Positions 8,434 through 17,843 of a stretch of DNA of 64,000 bases are shown piece by piece. Position 1 is the first letter of the stretch. Every line of letters begins with the position of its first letter. The stretch lies in IMG/VR virus record IMGVR_UViG_3300023179_000009, positions 124,001 to 188,000 of that record; one strand, given 5' to 3'. The notes under the pieces are model-generated. The model saw only the letters and a list, made by a program, of their open reading frames with translations, was not told where the DNA came from and made no database searches. Made by a program: the position numbers and the translations under genes.

Positions 8434-9639
8434 ATGATAAATTCACTCAAAACCCCAGTTGATTTTAGCCCTCCTTTGGCTTTTTTTAAAAAAAAACAAA
8501 CTAAAGATGAAATTAATCTTGAAGAAGTTAATTTTAAAATATACAAATTCAACAACAGACCCAGGCCATCAAAAACTGATAGGATCATCATAGTATCCTG
8601 TTTCTCCGAATTTGGATGCGAAACTTTGGGTTGCATGTATTGTATACCTCGATTGTTAAAGCAATTTCCTGGGAAATATGTCATCGCTATGGGTTGGTAC
8701 GGTAGAGAATATCTGTACAGACATCTTGTGGATGAGTTTTGGGAAATAGATGAAAAATTTATGTTTCTTAGGGATTACACCAAAGCTTTTCATCATGTTT
8801 CAGACAACTTAAAAAGAATAGAACACTCGGCATCAAAATTTGGATCGGTGGTCCCCTCGGCCACCTTGGGTAAATACGTTGTTTCTAATCTTTGTAGAAC
8901 TTGTGGTAAAGTTTGGCACGAGTGGAGAAAAAAAACAGACAACTGTCCAAATTGTCAAAGTACAGTTTTGGTAAGATCTGTTTTTACTGATATAAATTCT
9001 TATAAGCCTTTTGCAAAAAAGATACCTAGGCCAAAACAACCTTTGTTAGATTGGGCCAAATCGATTGTGGGCGAAAACTGTGTGGGTGTTTTTGCAAGAA
9101 AAAGAAAGACTTACGGAAGAAATTTACCAAAAGAATTTTATTTAAAATTAATAGATTTAATTAAATCAAAAGGCTTCAATATAATTTGGCTTGGGGAAAA
9201 ATATAACACCCTACCCTGCCCAGATCCAAGTGTTTTTGACTTTTCGGCAACTTACGAATCTAGAGATCTTGAAAAAACTTTGGCAATTATATGTAATTTA
9301 AAATTTACGATTCAATTTTGGACGGCTTCCACAAGATTATCCGGCATGATGGGCGTTCCCTTTTTGCTTTTTGAAAGCCCAGAACAAATTTACTCCTCAT
9401 ATTCGGGTCTTATGGCCGCTCAAGAAGGAAAAAGATTAGAATTAACTACCTTTGGAAATAAAAAAATTGTAATTTCACATTATCATAATGTGGTGGAAAA
9501 CCAAGAAGAGTGCTTGAATTTAGTTCATAGAGCCATAGATGAGATGGGCAACAATAATTGGCAAGACATAATTGGTTTGGTTGAAGATAATGACTTCTCA
9601 GAAGTTTTGAAAAAAGAATTTTATGAAATGTTAACATGA
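8434..9639 (+). CDS. GT-B glycosyltransferase (GT9/heptosyltransferase-like) with zinc-ribbon insert
   Basis: IIIVSCFSEFG..., IIWLGE, DLEKTLAIICNLKFTIQFWTASTRLSGMMGVP pattern; CRTC...CPNC insertion. Confidence 0.6.
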   Translation: MINSLKTPVDFSPPLAFFKKKQTKDEINLEEVNFKIYKFNNRPRPSKTDRIIIVSCFSEFGCETLGCMYCIPRLLKQFPGKYVIAMGWYGREYLYRHLVDEFWEIDEKFMFLRDYTKAFHHVSDNLKRIEHSASKFGSVVPSATLGKYVVSNLCRTCGKVWHEWRKKTDNCPNCQSTVLVRSVFTDINSYKPFAKKIPRPKQPLLDWAKSIVGENCVGVFARKRKTYGRNLPKEFYLKLIDLIKSKGFNIIWLGEKYNTLPCPDPSVFDFSATYESRDLEKTLAIICNLKFTIQFWTASTRLSGMMGVPFLLFESPEQIYSSYSGLMAAQEGKRLELTTFGNKKIVISHYHNVVENQEECLNLVHRAIDEMGNNNWQDIIGLVEDNDFSEVLKKEFYEMLT

Positions 9640-10772
9640 GCGATACATCAGATTTTTTAAAAAGAGTTTCCAAAAGAACCGGGTTTAAAAGGGAATTTTA
9701 TATAGAAAAAAACATTCCCACAGAGCCCAGTAACATTTTAGCCATACCATTTTTTGGCGATTTTGAGTCATTGTTTATTTTATCTTCTTTGATATTAAAA
9801 CCTTTTAAAGAAAAAAATTATGAAAAGTATATTGTTCTTTGTTCCTGGCCAGGGATGCAGGCACTTTTTCCTTGCGTTGATGAATATTGGACAATAGATG
9901 ATCCTTCTTTGTTATCTAATCTTTCTTTAGGATCAAATGGTTTTTTCAATAACTCCAATATATCAGCAGAATTAACAAAAGGCTTGTCAGAGGTTTTAAA
10001 TATTTTCACGCCAAGAGACCTCCAAAAAATTTACAACAAGGGATTTACATCAATTTTTTGGCAAGAATTTAAAGAAATAAAAAGATTCCTTCCGGAAATA
10101 AATTCTTTTTCTTCTTTGCAAGAAGATATTAAAAGACAATTTTTAAAGAAGGAAGGAAGAAAAGTAGTTATTTATCCTTCTTTGAAAATGAATTCTTGGC
10201 AAAGGGGTGCTAGTGTTTCTTTGCCAATTATAAAAGATTTTTGGGTATATTTGGTTGAAAAATTAATTAAAAATAATTTTGATGTTGTTGTTTATCAAAA
10301 CTACTTCACGCATGACCTTTCTAAAGAATTTGCTGATAGGTGCGTTTATTTAAATTTTAATGAAATTTCTAAAATCCTAAGTTGCATAAGGGAGTCCGGT
10401 TTGTTACTGGATATACATTCAGGAATATCAAGATTTGCGGTGGCAGCACGTTGCCCATATCTTGCTGTTGTAGAAAGACAATTATTTGTTTATAATAAAG
10501 TTTATGAGGTGGATGATTTGTGTGCCAAAGATTTGCAGAAAAAATATATCTTTTCTTTTGCCTCTCAAACGACAACCTGTTCTAAGGAAGAGTGGGATGT
10601 AACGGTATTGGATAATGTTTTTAATAAATTAAATTCTTTTTTACCTGAGATTGACTATAAAAAAATTCCTAGCACCGCTAGTTCTTATGATGTAGTGTCT
10701 CATGATAATATAAGAAATATAGTTTCTAAAAGATTAGGCACTCATTTTATAAAAACTTCAAAAAATAAATAA
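9636..10772 (+). CDS. GT-B glycosyltransferase-like protein, apparent paralog of the upstream gene
   Basis: Similar layout (VDEYWTID vs VDEFWEID; LLLDIHSGISRFAVAARCP); ATGA overlap. Confidence 0.55.
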   Translation: MSDTSDFLKRVSKRTGFKREFYIEKNIPTEPSNILAIPFFGDFESLFILSSLILKPFKEKNYEKYIVLCSWPGMQALFPCVDEYWTIDDPSLLSNLSLGSNGFFNNSNISAELTKGLSEVLNIFTPRDLQKIYNKGFTSIFWQEFKEIKRFLPEINSFSSLQEDIKRQFLKKEGRKVVIYPSLKMNSWQRGASVSLPIIKDFWVYLVEKLIKNNFDVVVYQNYFTHDLSKEFADRCVYLNFNEISKILSCIRESGLLLDIHSGISRFAVAARCPYLAVVERQLFVYNKVYEVDDLCAKDLQKKYIFSFASQTTTCSKEEWDVTVLDNVFNKLNSFLPEIDYKKIPSTASSYDVVSHDNIRNIVSKRLGTHFIKTSKNK

Positions 10773-10786
10773 TTAAGGAGATTTAA

Positions 10787-11113
10787 ATGTCAAATGTAAC
10801 AAGAGTTAAAGTAGAATTGAAAAAGAAGCACAATGATCCTCAAAGAAACTTTAAGGATATGCTTCAAGAATTTAAAAAAAGAGTAAGCAACGCAGGAATA
10901 TTGCACGATTATAAAGACCATCAATTTTATGAAACCAAGTCTCAAAAGAAGAGAAAAAAAAGAATTGCTATGGAAAAGAAATTGCAGATGGAGAACTTAG
11001 AAAAAAGAATACTTGGCGGAGAACAAGTGAGAGCCTCGGCTGGACTTTTAAAAAAGGTTTTAGCTCATATGAACAAAAATAGCAAGAAGAAGAATTATAA
11101 TCACGAGGATTAA
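10787..11113 (+). CDS. rpsU: Ribosomal protein bS21 with C-terminal extension
   Basis: VKVE...FKDMLQEFKKRVSNAGILHDYKDHQFYETKSQKKRKKR matches the bS21 pattern; strong AAGGAG RBS. Confidence 0.8.
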   Translation: MSNVTRVKVELKKKHNDPQRNFKDMLQEFKKRVSNAGILHDYKDHQFYETKSQKKRKKRIAMEKKLQMENLEKRILGGEQVRASAGLLKKVLAHMNKNSKKKNYNHED

Positions 11114-11137
11114 TAATATATAATAAAGAGGTTTAAT

Positions 11138-11437
11138 ATGTCGAAAAACAAAAAAGTAATGAGTATAGCTATTCTTCCAGAGATGCACGAAGATCTAAAA
11201 AGAGCGGCAAAAAGAAAAGGTGTTTCTTCTTCTACTTACGTTGGTGATTTGGTAGAAAAAGCTTTAAAAGTTAATCCCGATGAGGATGTTGTTGTTATTG
11301 GCAAACCAATAGAAGATGACATTCAACCAATTATATTAAAAATACCGGTTTCAATTACTTCTAATCATGAAAAGTTAAAAGATTGGTTGGATTTACAACT
11401 TAAAGGTATCCTACAAGCCATGACTGGTCAAGATTGA
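11138..11437 (+). CDS. Ribbon-helix-helix (CopG-like) DNA-binding protein
   Basis: N-terminal VMSIAILPEMHEDLKRAAKRKGVSSSTYVGDLV is an RHH pattern. Confidence 0.65.
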   Translation: MSKNKKVMSIAILPEMHEDLKRAAKRKGVSSSTYVGDLVEKALKVNPDEDVVVIGKPIEDDIQPIILKIPVSITSNHEKLKDWLDLQLKGILQAMTGQD

Positions 11438-11955
11438 TGTTTATTGTAAAACCAGAAGACATACCTGAATATAATAATATTTTAGATGTAAATTTTGAAA
11501 ATTTGATTGAAAAATATAAAATTTTCCAAGATTTACAATTTATTTGCGAGAAAGAAAAAGGGATAGGCATATCAGCCGTACAAGTTGGTTTGCCTATTAA
11601 ATTATTTTTAATAAAAGGAGATGGAAGTTGTCCTTTTATTAAAAATAATGAATACGCTTGTTTCGTCAACTGTAACTATGAACCTTTAGATGATTCTAAA
11701 AATATAATTACAATAGAAGGCTGCTTGTCTTTAAAAAATAAAAATAACCAAATTCGTCACTTCAAGGTTGAAAGATACAGCGGTGTTAGAATTCATGGTT
11801 ATCGATTTTTATTTGATAAAAAATTAGAATTTGTTAAGATAAATGAAAATTTAAACTTTGATCAACAAGGTATAGTTTTTCAACATGAAATTGATCATCA
11901 AATGGGAAAAGATGGATTAATTTCAAAAAAAGGTCAAGAAATATTCATCTGGTGA
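11434..11955 (+). CDS. def: Peptide deformylase
   Basis: All three motifs: GIGISAVQVG, EGCLS, QHEIDH. Confidence 0.93.
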   Translation: MMFIVKPEDIPEYNNILDVNFENLIEKYKIFQDLQFICEKEKGIGISAVQVGLPIKLFLIKGDGSCPFIKNNEYACFVNCNYEPLDDSKNIITIEGCLSLKNKNNQIRHFKVERYSGVRIHGYRFLFDKKLEFVKINENLNFDQQGIVFQHEIDHQMGKDGLISKKGQEIFIW

Positions 11956-11958
11956 ATC

Positions 11959-12243
11959 ATGTCTTTAAGTAAAAAACAATTAAAAGATGTTTGTTGTTTG
12001 GGCCTCAAAAGTCTGCAATGCAGATATTTGGATGAGGACACCAGCGATTCTGGTGGTCTTGTTTATATTTGCAAAAAAAAGTCGCCGGATAAAAAAATTA
12101 TAGACTCGGAGATTACGGATTTTTTGAATATGTTGAAAATGAGAGGGCAAGACCCCAAACAACAAACAGTGGCTTTAAGCGATAATTGTGAAGGCTTTAT
12201 GCCTTTTAAAAACAAAGTTCAAGGGTATGACATTAAAAATTGA
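11959..12243 (+). CDS. Hypothetical Cys-containing protein
   Basis: 94-aa ORF closing the operon. Confidence 0.65.
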   Translation: MSLSKKQLKDVCCLGLKSLQCRYLDEDTSDSGGLVYICKKKSPDKKIIDSEITDFLNMLKMRGQDPKQQTVALSDNCEGFMPFKNKVQGYDIKN

Positions 12244-12265
12244 ATGAAAATAATCCAAAATTTTA

Positions 12266-12302
12266 AAAATTAAGAATTTTAGAATCAAAAATTCTTAATT
12301 TT
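12266..12302. terminator. 15-bp inverted repeat between convergent genes, probable terminator
   Basis: AAAATTAAGAATTTT-N7-AAAATTCTTAATTTT perfect stem. Confidence 0.55.
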
Positions 12303-12321
12303 GGTTTGAAAAATATTTTAA

Positions 12322-12825
12322 TTATTTTTGCATTGCCTTTAGTGATTTTTGTTTTTTAATCAAATTAAGAATTTTTTCTTCGCAATTTGTGTTCAAAGCT
12401 TTTTCAAAAACAGCATTTTCGATTTCTTGATTGTCGGAAAAAACTATTTCTTTGGCAAGAATATTTGCTGTTTTTTCGTATTTTTTAGACTCAGATCTGT
12501 AGTGCAACACCATTATTGTTAAGCAACCTATCCCAATTATGGCCACCATCGTTCCGCCCGGACCAGATAAAACTTGAATTCCGCTATTTTCATAGACACT
12601 TTGCAAATTTATGATCCCTTGTTGAATCTTGTCCAGGCGACTGTTTTGGATGCTTTGCTGGTTTTTTAAAGCCTCCAAGTCTGCAATAATTCCGTTTTGA
12701 TTATTCTTTAATTCCTCTATTTTTCCATTTTGGTTATTGATTTTAGGAGATCTAGGTGAGAAATTTCCACAACCTGATAAAACCAGGACTAAAAAAGTGA
12801 AGATTAAAAAATATGCAGTTTTCAT
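12322..12825 (-). CDS. Lipoprotein with coiled coil and internal transmembrane helix
   Basis: Lipobox LVLSG|C, Asn/Gln-rich heptad region, hydrophobic GTMVAIIGIGCLTIMVLHY; AAGGAGG RBS. Confidence 0.7.
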   Translation of the reverse strand: MKTAYFLIFTFLVLVLSGCGNFSPRSPKINNQNGKIEELKNNQNGIIADLEALKNQQSIQNSRLDKIQQGIINLQSVYENSGIQVLSGPGGTMVAIIGIGCLTIMVLHYRSESKKYEKTANILAKEIVFSDNQEIENAVFEKALNTNCEEKILNLIKKQKSLKAMQK

Positions 12826-12953
12826 AAAGCCTCCTTGATTACAAAATTATTTATTATTGATAAGAGGAAATCTTAATGAATTTCTTATTTAAGGGGTCTT
12901 GATTTATTTTAAGAACTTGTGCATAATCCTGACTTCCCCCAAGGAGATAACTT

Positions 12954-13370
12954 GTGTCGAGAAGACCAAAGAGAACCTATGAAGAACCTTTTTTTGAAAA
13001 AGGTCGTCATATAAAAGATCTTAGAATTATCATAAAGGAGGGAATTAAGATTTTCTTTGAAAATAAAAAGTGGTTTGCTGGAGGAAAAATTCCTCAATGC
13101 GAACTGCTCTCGGATAGTAGTGTTGATGTAGTTCTTAAAACTCCATTTAACGAAAGTTCTTTTGGTTTTTTTCATGATTGTTGTTTGTCAAAAATTTCTT
13201 GTCCAAAAGATTTTGTAGACGAAGGTGTCCCTTGGGAGGTTTGTTATCTCATAAGTCTTTTGAGAGAAATGAAAATCTACGGCTTGCCAAAAGATTTCCA
13301 GCCTGGATTTTTAATGTTGTTTTTCAAATTCTGTAAGGGAATAAATATCCCTCAACCGCCTGTTTTTTGA
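12954..13370 (+). CDS. Hypothetical protein
   Basis: GTG start with AAGGAG RBS; 138 aa. Confidence 0.7.
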   Translation: MSRRPKRTYEEPFFEKGRHIKDLRIIIKEGIKIFFENKKWFAGGKIPQCELLSDSSVDVVLKTPFNESSFGFFHDCCLSKISCPKDFVDEGVPWEVCYLISLLREMKIYGLPKDFQPGFLMLFFKFCKGINIPQPPVF

Positions 13371-13371
13371 G

Positions 13372-13707
13372 ATGGAATCCAAAGATCTAGAACTTATATC
13401 CGGTAGATTTTTAGAGATGGAAATACCTAAAGAAAAAAAGTTTCTTCTTAAGTATTTTACCGGAAAAGTTCAGGTTGCTTTTTTGAGATTTTATTTGGTC
13501 TTTGGAACAATTCGAAATTTTACAAACCACACAGGTCTTTACTGTAGTCACACTTTGCTGAAAAGATTTCGTAAAAGATATTTGGACATAACTTTTTTGT
13601 ATGAAAAATCAAAAAAAGAAATGACCGAAGAAAGTTTGCGAATTTTGAATTTAATTGAATCGGGTAAATTAAACTTAGCCAAATTAAAAAAAGGAGAAAT
13701 AAAATGA
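13372..13707 (+). CDS. Hypothetical protein
   Basis: 111-aa ORF abutting neighbours. Confidence 0.65.
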   Translation: MESKDLELISGRFLEMEIPKEKKFLLKYFTGKVQVAFLRFYLVFGTIRNFTNHTGLYCSHTLLKRFRKRYLDITFLYEKSKKEMTEESLRILNLIESGKLNLAKLKKGEIK

Positions 13708-13940
13708 GTGATTTCTTAAAAATTCAAAGTTTGATCCAAGAAGGTTTTTCTTGCTTGGGTATGCTTAATGAAGCTCAATCTAAGTGTTGTTTAATAAAAA
13801 ATAAAATTGAAAATGATTTTTTTAATGAAGATTTTGACCCATCCACCGAAATTAATCAAATATCAGCCGACATCGATACATATTCCAATAAGTTGTTTTT
13901 GCTTAAAAAGGAATTAAAATCTTATGGGGCAATTTGTTAA
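13704..13940 (+). CDS. Hypothetical protein
   Basis: AAGGAG RBS, overlap with upstream stop. Confidence 0.65.
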   Translation: MSDFLKIQSLIQEGFSCLGMLNEAQSKCCLIKNKIENDFFNEDFDPSTEINQISADIDTYSNKLFLLKKELKSYGAIC

Positions 13941-14331
13941 TTGGAAAGAATGGCTTCTTTTTAAAGAATCAAAATCTAAGAAAAGAAAAAATAAAAAGAA
14001 AACGCTTGCGGTAAATTTTTTAAATTATTATCATCCCTATTATAGTGATGACAATAGTGGAGAAGAAATAACAGGAGCAGATCATCAAGGAGACTCAGGA
14101 TCTGAGATATCAGAGTCCAAAAAAAGTATAAGAACACCAAATTATTTTTTTGATAAATGGCTGGAAAAAATTGAAGATTTACAGAAGGAAGTCAAAAATT
14201 TAATCAACAAGCCAGAGACAAAGAAGCCAGAGACAAAGAAGCCAGAGACAAAGAAGCCAGAGACAAAGAAGCCAGAGACAAAGAAGCCAGAGACAAAGAA
14301 GCCAGAGACAAAGAAGCCAGAGACAGACTGA
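13924..14331 (+). CDS. Low-complexity protein with CTS-like N-terminus and (KKPET)n tail
   Basis: MGQFVNWKEWLLFKE N-terminus; C-terminal NKPET plus 7x KKPET. Confidence 0.7.
   Translation: MGQFVNWKEWLLFKESKSKKRKNKKKTLAVNFLNYYHPYYSDDNSGEEITGADHQGDSGSEISESKKSIRTPNYFFDKWLEKIEDLQKEVKNLINKPETKKPETKKPETKKPETKKPETKKPETKKPETKKPETD
14206..14325 (+). repeat. 15-bp tandem repeat AAGAAGCCAGAGACA x7 plus one 1-mismatch copy
   Basis: Read directly; the seven copies at 14221-14325 are identical. Confidence 0.97.
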
Positions 14332-14332
14332 G

Positions 14333-14800
14333 TTGGTAGATATTTTTATGCAAAATGATTTTTGTTTTGTGTTCGATACAAATGAACATCTTAAATATAC
14401 AAAGTTTATTTCTAGAGATTCAAAAGAAATTAAGAAATCCTTACACGTTCAGCAAAATATTGTTGGTACTTTTGTGTACGCTCTTTGTGTTCACGAAAGT
14501 TTAAATAAAAACAAAAAAATAGAAATCAAAAATAGTTTTGGAAACTGTTTAACGCCAGAAGTTTACGATACGGTCAGAGATTTGTTTTGCTTTGAGGGCG
14601 TTGATGTTTCCTATATAGGATTTGTTCCAATAAGTTACAGGATAATATCTCCCGAGTCAGATTGGGATTCATATGTTCCTTTGCCTTTTTCTTTAATTAA
14701 AAAATACTTAAATAAAGAAGAAATTACTAATTTTTCTAAATGGTCAAGTCAATATAAAGATCAACATTTTAAAATACAATTAATTCAATTTGTTGGGTAA
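14333..14800 (+). CDS. Hypothetical protein
   Basis: 155-aa ORF in operon; start uncertain. Confidence 0.65.
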   Translation: MVDIFMQNDFCFVFDTNEHLKYTKFISRDSKEIKKSLHVQQNIVGTFVYALCVHESLNKNKKIEIKNSFGNCLTPEVYDTVRDLFCFEGVDVSYIGFVPISYRIISPESDWDSYVPLPFSLIKKYLNKEEITNFSKWSSQYKDQHFKIQLIQFVG

Positions 14801-14803
14801 AAT

Positions 14804-15334
14804 ATGGCAAAATTTAGACAGACCGCAGATAGAGATTCTAGATACATGGGCCTTGCTTGGATGATGGCATATTGTTCAAAAGACCCCAATACGCAAGTCG
14901 GGGCTTACATAGTGTCTGAAGATAATTATGTTTTAGGAGGAGGATATAATGGCCCGCCGAGAAACATTAAAGATGAAGACGTTAACTGGGATAGGTTTCC
15001 TAACGAAGAAAATAATTTATGTAAGTATGATGTAATTATTCACGCAGAGATTAATGCGATGAGTAACATGTATTTACAAAATATAAATTTATTAAATGCA
15101 ACACTTTATGTAACCGCTTTGCCTTGCCCAACTTGCATGAAGCAAATTGTCGGTAGAGGTATAGGCAGAGTTGTTTATTTGGATTTTCAATCCAGTCCAG
15201 AATCAAGTCTAAGAAACACAGAATGGTGTGAAAAAACTTTTAAAATAGCTAATCTTGGCAACACAAAAGTTGAAAAATTCATAGGCAACATCGATTGGGT
15301 GGAAGATTGGGCCTCAAAACGTCCAAAAAATTAG
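14804..15334 (+). CDS. dCMP deaminase
   Basis: SKDPNTQVGA, GYNGPP, HAEINA, PCPTC zinc-deaminase motifs. Confidence 0.92.
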   Translation: MAKFRQTADRDSRYMGLAWMMAYCSKDPNTQVGAYIVSEDNYVLGGGYNGPPRNIKDEDVNWDRFPNEENNLCKYDVIIHAEINAMSNMYLQNINLLNATLYVTALPCPTCMKQIVGRGIGRVVYLDFQSSPESSLRNTEWCEKTFKIANLGNTKVEKFIGNIDWVEDWASKRPKN

Positions 15335-15367
15335 AAATATTTGGATGGAGTTTTCTGGCAGTAAACA

Positions 15368-15375
15368 TATAAATA
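15368..15375 (+). promoter_or_regulatory. TATAAATA, T4 late-promoter-like element 5 nt before ATG 15381
   Basis: Exact T4 gp55 consensus directly upstream of a probable virion gene; the AT-rich background lowers certainty. Confidence 0.4.
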
Positions 15376-15380
15376 ATATC

Positions 15381-16424
15381 ATGGCTTTAAAATATAACCT
15401 AAAAACAGGAAGTTGCAATCATAATTGCAGAAACATTGAATCGGAAATCAATCCAGATTTTTCTATAAAAAGACACGATACAAGGCCCTCTTTTCGTGTT
15501 TCAATAGAGGATTGCAATGGACCTTTTGATTTTCGTGGATTAATTGTTGAAATCAATATGTGGTCCGCTGCAAAATTGAAGACAGACCTGAGCGAATCTG
15601 CTGATTATTTTTCTGTTGCCGATAATATAGGGTTCAATCAGATTATGGTGGGAGACATCATCATAGTGGATCAGGTAAGATCACCAGAAAAGATGTTGGT
15701 TCTTGGTTTTGATGAAAAAAATAAATTTATTAAGGTCCAAAGATCTTATCACGGAACAGATGCCAATTCTTATAAAAAAGGAACCAAGATAAGAATTTTT
15801 AGAATAATGAATGAACAAGCTAGAGTAGAAATGGATTTTAAAGATGTTGAAAATGTTGATGGCACACTTGATAATGATGTCATTCAATCTTCTTTTTTAA
15901 CATATGATTGGAAGCCAGAGGACACATGTCTCCCAGGAATCTATTACTTGGAATTCAAGGTTTTAAAAATGATAGATGTTGTTTATTTTATTCCTGATGG
16001 TGCTTGGGTTGGCGAAGTGTTTAAAAATAATGAAGACGGATTCTATTACACAGGTTCCACCGAATCCAACTCATCCGTTAGATTAGAATACAATCAAGTG
16101 GATAATAAGTATTTCTTAAAACAAATTCCTTGGAACGGCGAGATCCACCTCCACTCAGATAATCAACACTACACTGGAGAAAATCACAATGACGGCTCTG
16201 TGTTGTTGATAAAAGATAAATCAGATAAAAGTAATTCCTATAACAATAATGGAATTTTAAATTCTCAAAACGTCTCGGTTATACCGAGTTTTACAAGCCC
16301 CAGTTTAACACCCGAAGATTTTGGTTGTTTTATAGGGGAAGGCGTTGAGTGGGTCAGAAGATTTCCTTCTAATAACGAAGGATTCATTGTGCAAATAGTC
16401 GATAGTTTTACAACAGAAATCTAA
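15381..16424 (+). CDS. Probable virion structural protein (BppU-like N-terminal domain)
   Basis: IKRHDTRPSFRVSIED and YDWKPEDTCLPGIYYLEFKV resemble baseplate upper-protein N-domains; start placed at ATG 15381. Confidence 0.55.
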   Translation: MALKYNLKTGSCNHNCRNIESEINPDFSIKRHDTRPSFRVSIEDCNGPFDFRGLIVEINMWSAAKLKTDLSESADYFSVADNIGFNQIMVGDIIIVDQVRSPEKMLVLGFDEKNKFIKVQRSYHGTDANSYKKGTKIRIFRIMNEQARVEMDFKDVENVDGTLDNDVIQSSFLTYDWKPEDTCLPGIYYLEFKVLKMIDVVYFIPDGAWVGEVFKNNEDGFYYTGSTESNSSVRLEYNQVDNKYFLKQIPWNGEIHLHSDNQHYTGENHNDGSVLLIKDKSDKSNSYNNNGILNSQNVSVIPSFTSPSLTPEDFGCFIGEGVEWVRRFPSNNEGFIVQIVDSFTTEI

Positions 16425-16443
16425 GAAAGGATATAAAGCCCTA

Positions 16444-17019
16444 ATGGCTATAAATGGTAATTTTGGAAGGTATTCAAAGTTTGATGATAATTCAAAAAAG
16501 GATCGAGTCAGGTGCAACGAACAAATCAGAATACCTCAGGTTTTAGTGATTCATGATGGGAAAAATTTAGGGGTGATGCAAAGCAGATCAGCCCTACAGT
16601 TGGCTAGAAGTTTTGATTTAGATTTGGTTGAAGTTGCTCCCAACGCCAGACCTCCAGTTTGTCATATTATAGATTACGGAAAATACATGTATGACAAGCA
16701 AAAGAAGCAAAAAGAATCCAATAGTAAACAAAACCAAGTTAAAGAAAAAGAAATAGACTTCAGGTACGTTATAGCTGATGGGGATCTTAATACAAAATCT
16801 AATCAAATAAGAGTTTTCTTAACAAAAGGCTACAAAGTAAAGTGTGTTTGTAAATTTAGGCAGCGTGAAAATGCTCATAAAAATCAAGGCTTTGAGGTTT
16901 TCAAAAAGTTATTGGATTCTTTAAATGATATCGCAGCCGTTGAATCTCCGCCAAAACTTGATGGAACTAATATAGTTTGTCGTTTAGAACCAATTAAAAA
17001 TAAGTCAAAAGTATTATGA
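16444..17019 (+). CDS. infC: Translation initiation factor IF-3
   Basis: NEQIRIPQVLVI, DLDLVEVAPNARPPVCHIIDYGKYMY, KEIDFR, FLTKGYKVK. Confidence 0.95.
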   Translation: MAINGNFGRYSKFDDNSKKDRVRCNEQIRIPQVLVIHDGKNLGVMQSRSALQLARSFDLDLVEVAPNARPPVCHIIDYGKYMYDKQKKQKESNSKQNQVKEKEIDFRYVIADGDLNTKSNQIRVFLTKGYKVKCVCKFRQRENAHKNQGFEVFKKLLDSLNDIAAVESPPKLDGTNIVCRLEPIKNKSKVL

Positions 17020-17843
17020 GATGTTTAGTTACCGGAGGGTCGGGATTTATCGGCTCTCATCTTGTTGATAAATTGGTTTCTTTGAATTATGAAGTTGTTT
17101 CTTTAGATTGTGCTTTGTGCAAGTACGAAAATCCAAAAGCAACATACAAGTATGGTTTTGTTCAAAATATAGAATCTTTTCATTTTTTAAATTTTGATTT
17201 TATTTTTCATTTGGCGGCTTTGCCAAGAATTCAGCCTAGTTTTAAAGATACAACAAATGTTCATGATTCAAACACCACGGGGACTTTTAAAATTTTAGAG
17301 TTTGCAAAAAAATCAAAATCTAGAGTAATTTTTGCTGGATCCAGTTCTGTTTTGCATGACATTTATGCTAATCCTTATTCTTTTAGCAAAAGCATAGGCG
17401 AACAATATTGTGTTCTTTACAATAAAATTTTTCAAGTTCCTGTGGCTATTGCTAGGTTCTTTAATGTTTATGGGCCTAGACAAATTGAAGAAGGAGAGTA
17501 TGCCACCGTTGTGGGAATTTTCGAAAAGCAAAAAAAGCAAAATAAAAATCTTACAATAACAGGAGATGGCGAACAAAGGCGTGATTTCACCCACGTAGAT
17601 GATATAATATCTGGCCTCGTTTGTATAATGAAAACAAATTGGAATTTCGAAATTTTTAATTTAGGATCAGGTAAAAATTATTCTATTAATGAAATAGCTT
17701 CTTTTTTTAATTCGCCTGTTGAGTATATTGAATCTAGAAAAGGTGAGGCAAAAACAACGCTTGCCGATATTGAGTACACTTGTGCAAAAACTCAATGGAG
17801 TCCTGTAGTTGATATAAAAGACTATATTGAAAAAATTATTTGA
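17016..17843 (+). CDS. NAD-dependent epimerase/dehydratase (extended SDR)
   Basis: VTGGSGFIGSHL, YSFSK, RFFNVYGPRQ, RDFTHVDD. Confidence 0.92.
   Translation: MRCLVTGGSGFIGSHLVDKLVSLNYEVVSLDCALCKYENPKATYKYGFVQNIESFHFLNFDFIFHLAALPRIQPSFKDTTNVHDSNTTGTFKILEFAKKSKSRVIFAGSSSVLHDIYANPYSFSKSIGEQYCVLYNKIFQVPVAIARFFNVYGPRQIEEGEYATVVGIFEKQKKQNKNLTITGDGEQRRDFTHVDDIISGLVCIMKTNWNFEIFNLGSGKNYSINEIASFFNSPVEYIESRKGEAKTTLADIEYTCAKTQWSPVVDIKDYIEKII

Noticed and set aside
14206-14325. Tandem repeats here and at 31209-31259 as CRISPR arrays
   Set aside because: No unique spacers, units are in-frame within CDSs, and there are no cas genes in the window.
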